Shown here piece after piece: positions 62,494 to 64,000 of a stretch of 64,000 nucleotides of DNA. The stretch covers positions 68,284 to 132,283 of the forward strand of contig JAFLDB010000006.1 in NCBI GenBank assembly GCA_017302615.1. Reading direction: 5' to 3'. Each line of letters starts with the position of its first letter. The stretch's first letter is position 1. The notes under the pieces are model-generated. The model saw nothing but the letters and a program-made list of their open reading frames with translations, was not told the DNA's origin and searched no databases. Origin of the DNA: Sphingomonadales bacterium (GTDB taxonomy: Bacteria > Pseudomonadota > Alphaproteobacteria > Sphingomonadales > Sphingomonadaceae). Position numbers and translations under genes: made by a program.

Positions 62494-64000
62494 TTAGAAG
62501 TCCATCCCGCCCATGCCGCCGCCCGGCATCGCCGGCATGGCCGGCTTGTCGTCGGGCTTTTCGCTGATCGCGGCTTCGGTCGTGATCAGCAGGCCAGCCA
62601 CCGAGGCAGCGTCCTGCAGCGCGGTGCGCACGACCTTGGTCGGGTCGATCACGCCGGCAGCCTTGAGGTTCTCGTAGGTGTCGGTCGCGGCGTTGAAGCC
62701 CTGGTTCTCGTCACCTTCGCGCAGCAGGTTGCCCGAAACGACCGCGCCGTCATGGCCGGCGTTTTCGGCAATCTGACGCACCGGGGCCATGATCGCACGG
62801 CGCACGATGTCGATGCCCTTGGTCTGATCGTCATTGGCCCCCTTGAGGCCTTCGAGCGCCTTGGTGGCATAGAGCAGCGCGGTACCGCCACCGGGGACGA
62901 TGCCTTCTTCCACTGCGGCGCGGGTGGCGTGCAGCGCATCGTCAACGCGATCCTTGCGCTCCTTCACTTCGACTTCGGTCGCACCGCCAACCTTGATCAC
63001 GGCAACCCCGCCAGCCAGCTTGGCCAGGCGTTCCTGCAGCTTTTCGCGGTCATAGTCGCTGGTGGTGGTTTCGATCTGGGCGCGGATCTGCTCGACCCGG
63101 GCCTTGATCTCGTCAGCCGAACCGGCGCCATCGACGATCGTGGTGTTGTCCTTGTCGATGGTGACCTTCTTGGCCTGGCCGAGCATGCCAAGGGTGACAG
63201 ACTCCAGCTTGATGCCGAGGTCTTCGCTGATCATTTCGCCCTTGGTCAGGATCGCGATGTCCTGCAGCATGGCCTTGCGACGATCGCCGAAGCCCGGAGC
63301 CTTGACCGCGGCGATCTTCAGGCCGCCGCGCAGCTTGTTGACCACCAGAGTGGCCAGCGCTTCGCCTTCGATGTCCTCGGCAATGATCAGCAGCGGACGG
63401 CCCGACTGCACCACGGCTTCGAGGATCGGCAGCATCGCCTGGAGCGACGACAGCTTCTTCTCGTGGATCAGGATGTACGGGTTGTCGAGTTCGACCGTCA
63501 TCTTCTCCGGGTTGGTGATGAAGTAGGGCGAAAGGTAGCCGCGGTCGAACTGCATGCCTTCGACGACATCGAGTTCGAATTCGAGGCCCTTGGCCTCTTC
63601 CACGGTGATCACGCCTTCCTTGCCGACCTTTTCCATGGCTTCGGCGATCTTTTCGCCGACTTCACGGTCGCCGTTGGCGGAGATGATGCCGACCTGGGCG
63701 ATTTCCGAAGAACCGGCGACCGGGGTCGAGCGGGCCTTGAGGTCTTCGACAACCTTGCCGACCGCGATGTCGATGCCGCGCTTCAGGTCCATCGGGTTCA
63801 TGCCGGCGGCGACCGAGGTCATGCCTTCGCGCACGATCGCCTGGGCCAGAACGGTGGCGGTGGTGGTGCCATCACCGGCGGCGTCGTTGGCCTTGCTGGC
63901 TACTTCGCGCAGCATCTGGGCGCCCATGTTCTCGAACTTGTCCTTCAGTTCGATTTCCTTGGCGACCGAAACGCCGTCCTTGGTGATGCGCGGTGCGCCG
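62494..64000 (-). CDS. groEL: Chaperonin GroEL (5' end lies outside the window)
   Basis: [38 protein letters not shown] tail. Confidence 0.98.
   Translation of the reverse strand, partial: GAPRITKDGVSVAKEIELKDKFENMGAQMLREVASKANDAAGDGTTTATVLAQAIVREGMTSVAAGMNPMDLKRGIDIAVGKVVEDLKARSTPVAGSSEIAQVGIISANGDREVGEKIAEAMEKVGKEGVITVEEAKGLEFELDVVEGMQFDRGYLSPYFITNPEKMTVELDNPYILIHEKKLSSLQAMLPILEAVVQSGRPLLIIAEDIEGEALATLVVNKLRGGLKIAAVKAPGFGDRRKAMLQDIAILTKGEMISEDLGIKLESVTLGMLGQAKKVTIDKDNTTIVDGAGSADEIKARVEQIRAQIETTTSDYDREKLQERLAKLAGGVAVIKVGGATEVEVKERKDRVDDALHATRAAVEEGIVPGGGTALLYATKALEGLKGANDDQTKGIDIVRRAIMAPVRQIAENAGHDGAVVSGNLLREGDENQGFNAATDTYENLKAAGVIDPTKVVRTALQDAASVAGLLITTEAAISEKPDDKPAMPAMPGGGMGGMDF

Overview
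GC-rich (roughly 66%) alphaproteobacterial chromosome segment. Gene content and order point to Sphingomonadales, probably Novosphingobium-like (inference). Most of it is core housekeeping: galU, murA, phbB, leuS-lptE-holA, polA, scoAB, metK, lnt, hisS-prfA-prmC, ppa, pmbA, lptB-rpoN, gluQ, hbd and a partial groEL. It also holds a SuhB/MmgR-type sRNA, a bacterial CDC48/p97-like AAA ATPase and one IS3-family element. I saw no tRNA, rRNA, CRISPR array or prophage. Most notable irregularities: (1) an abrupt out-of-frame junction at ~15269 joins a 3'-truncated priming glycosyltransferase gene to a 5'-truncated wzc; (2) an IS3 without target duplication has removed the start of a Wzy-like gene, a second lesion in exopolysaccharide genes; (3) hisS has a low-GC, divergent 3' end that still overlaps prfA exactly; (4) a LuxR-HTH/TM/DUF4019 gene carries repeated inverted motifs and a strong internal ribosome-binding site, suggesting a nested secreted product; (5) an LvaAB-like fused kinase is paired with a non-LvaC acyl-CoA dehydrogenase behind a perfect palindrome; (6) a secreted ricin-B lectin protein has a large unassigned domain; (7) a class A beta-lactamase-fold protein lacks Glu166. 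All family assignments come from motif recognition by eye, not database searches.
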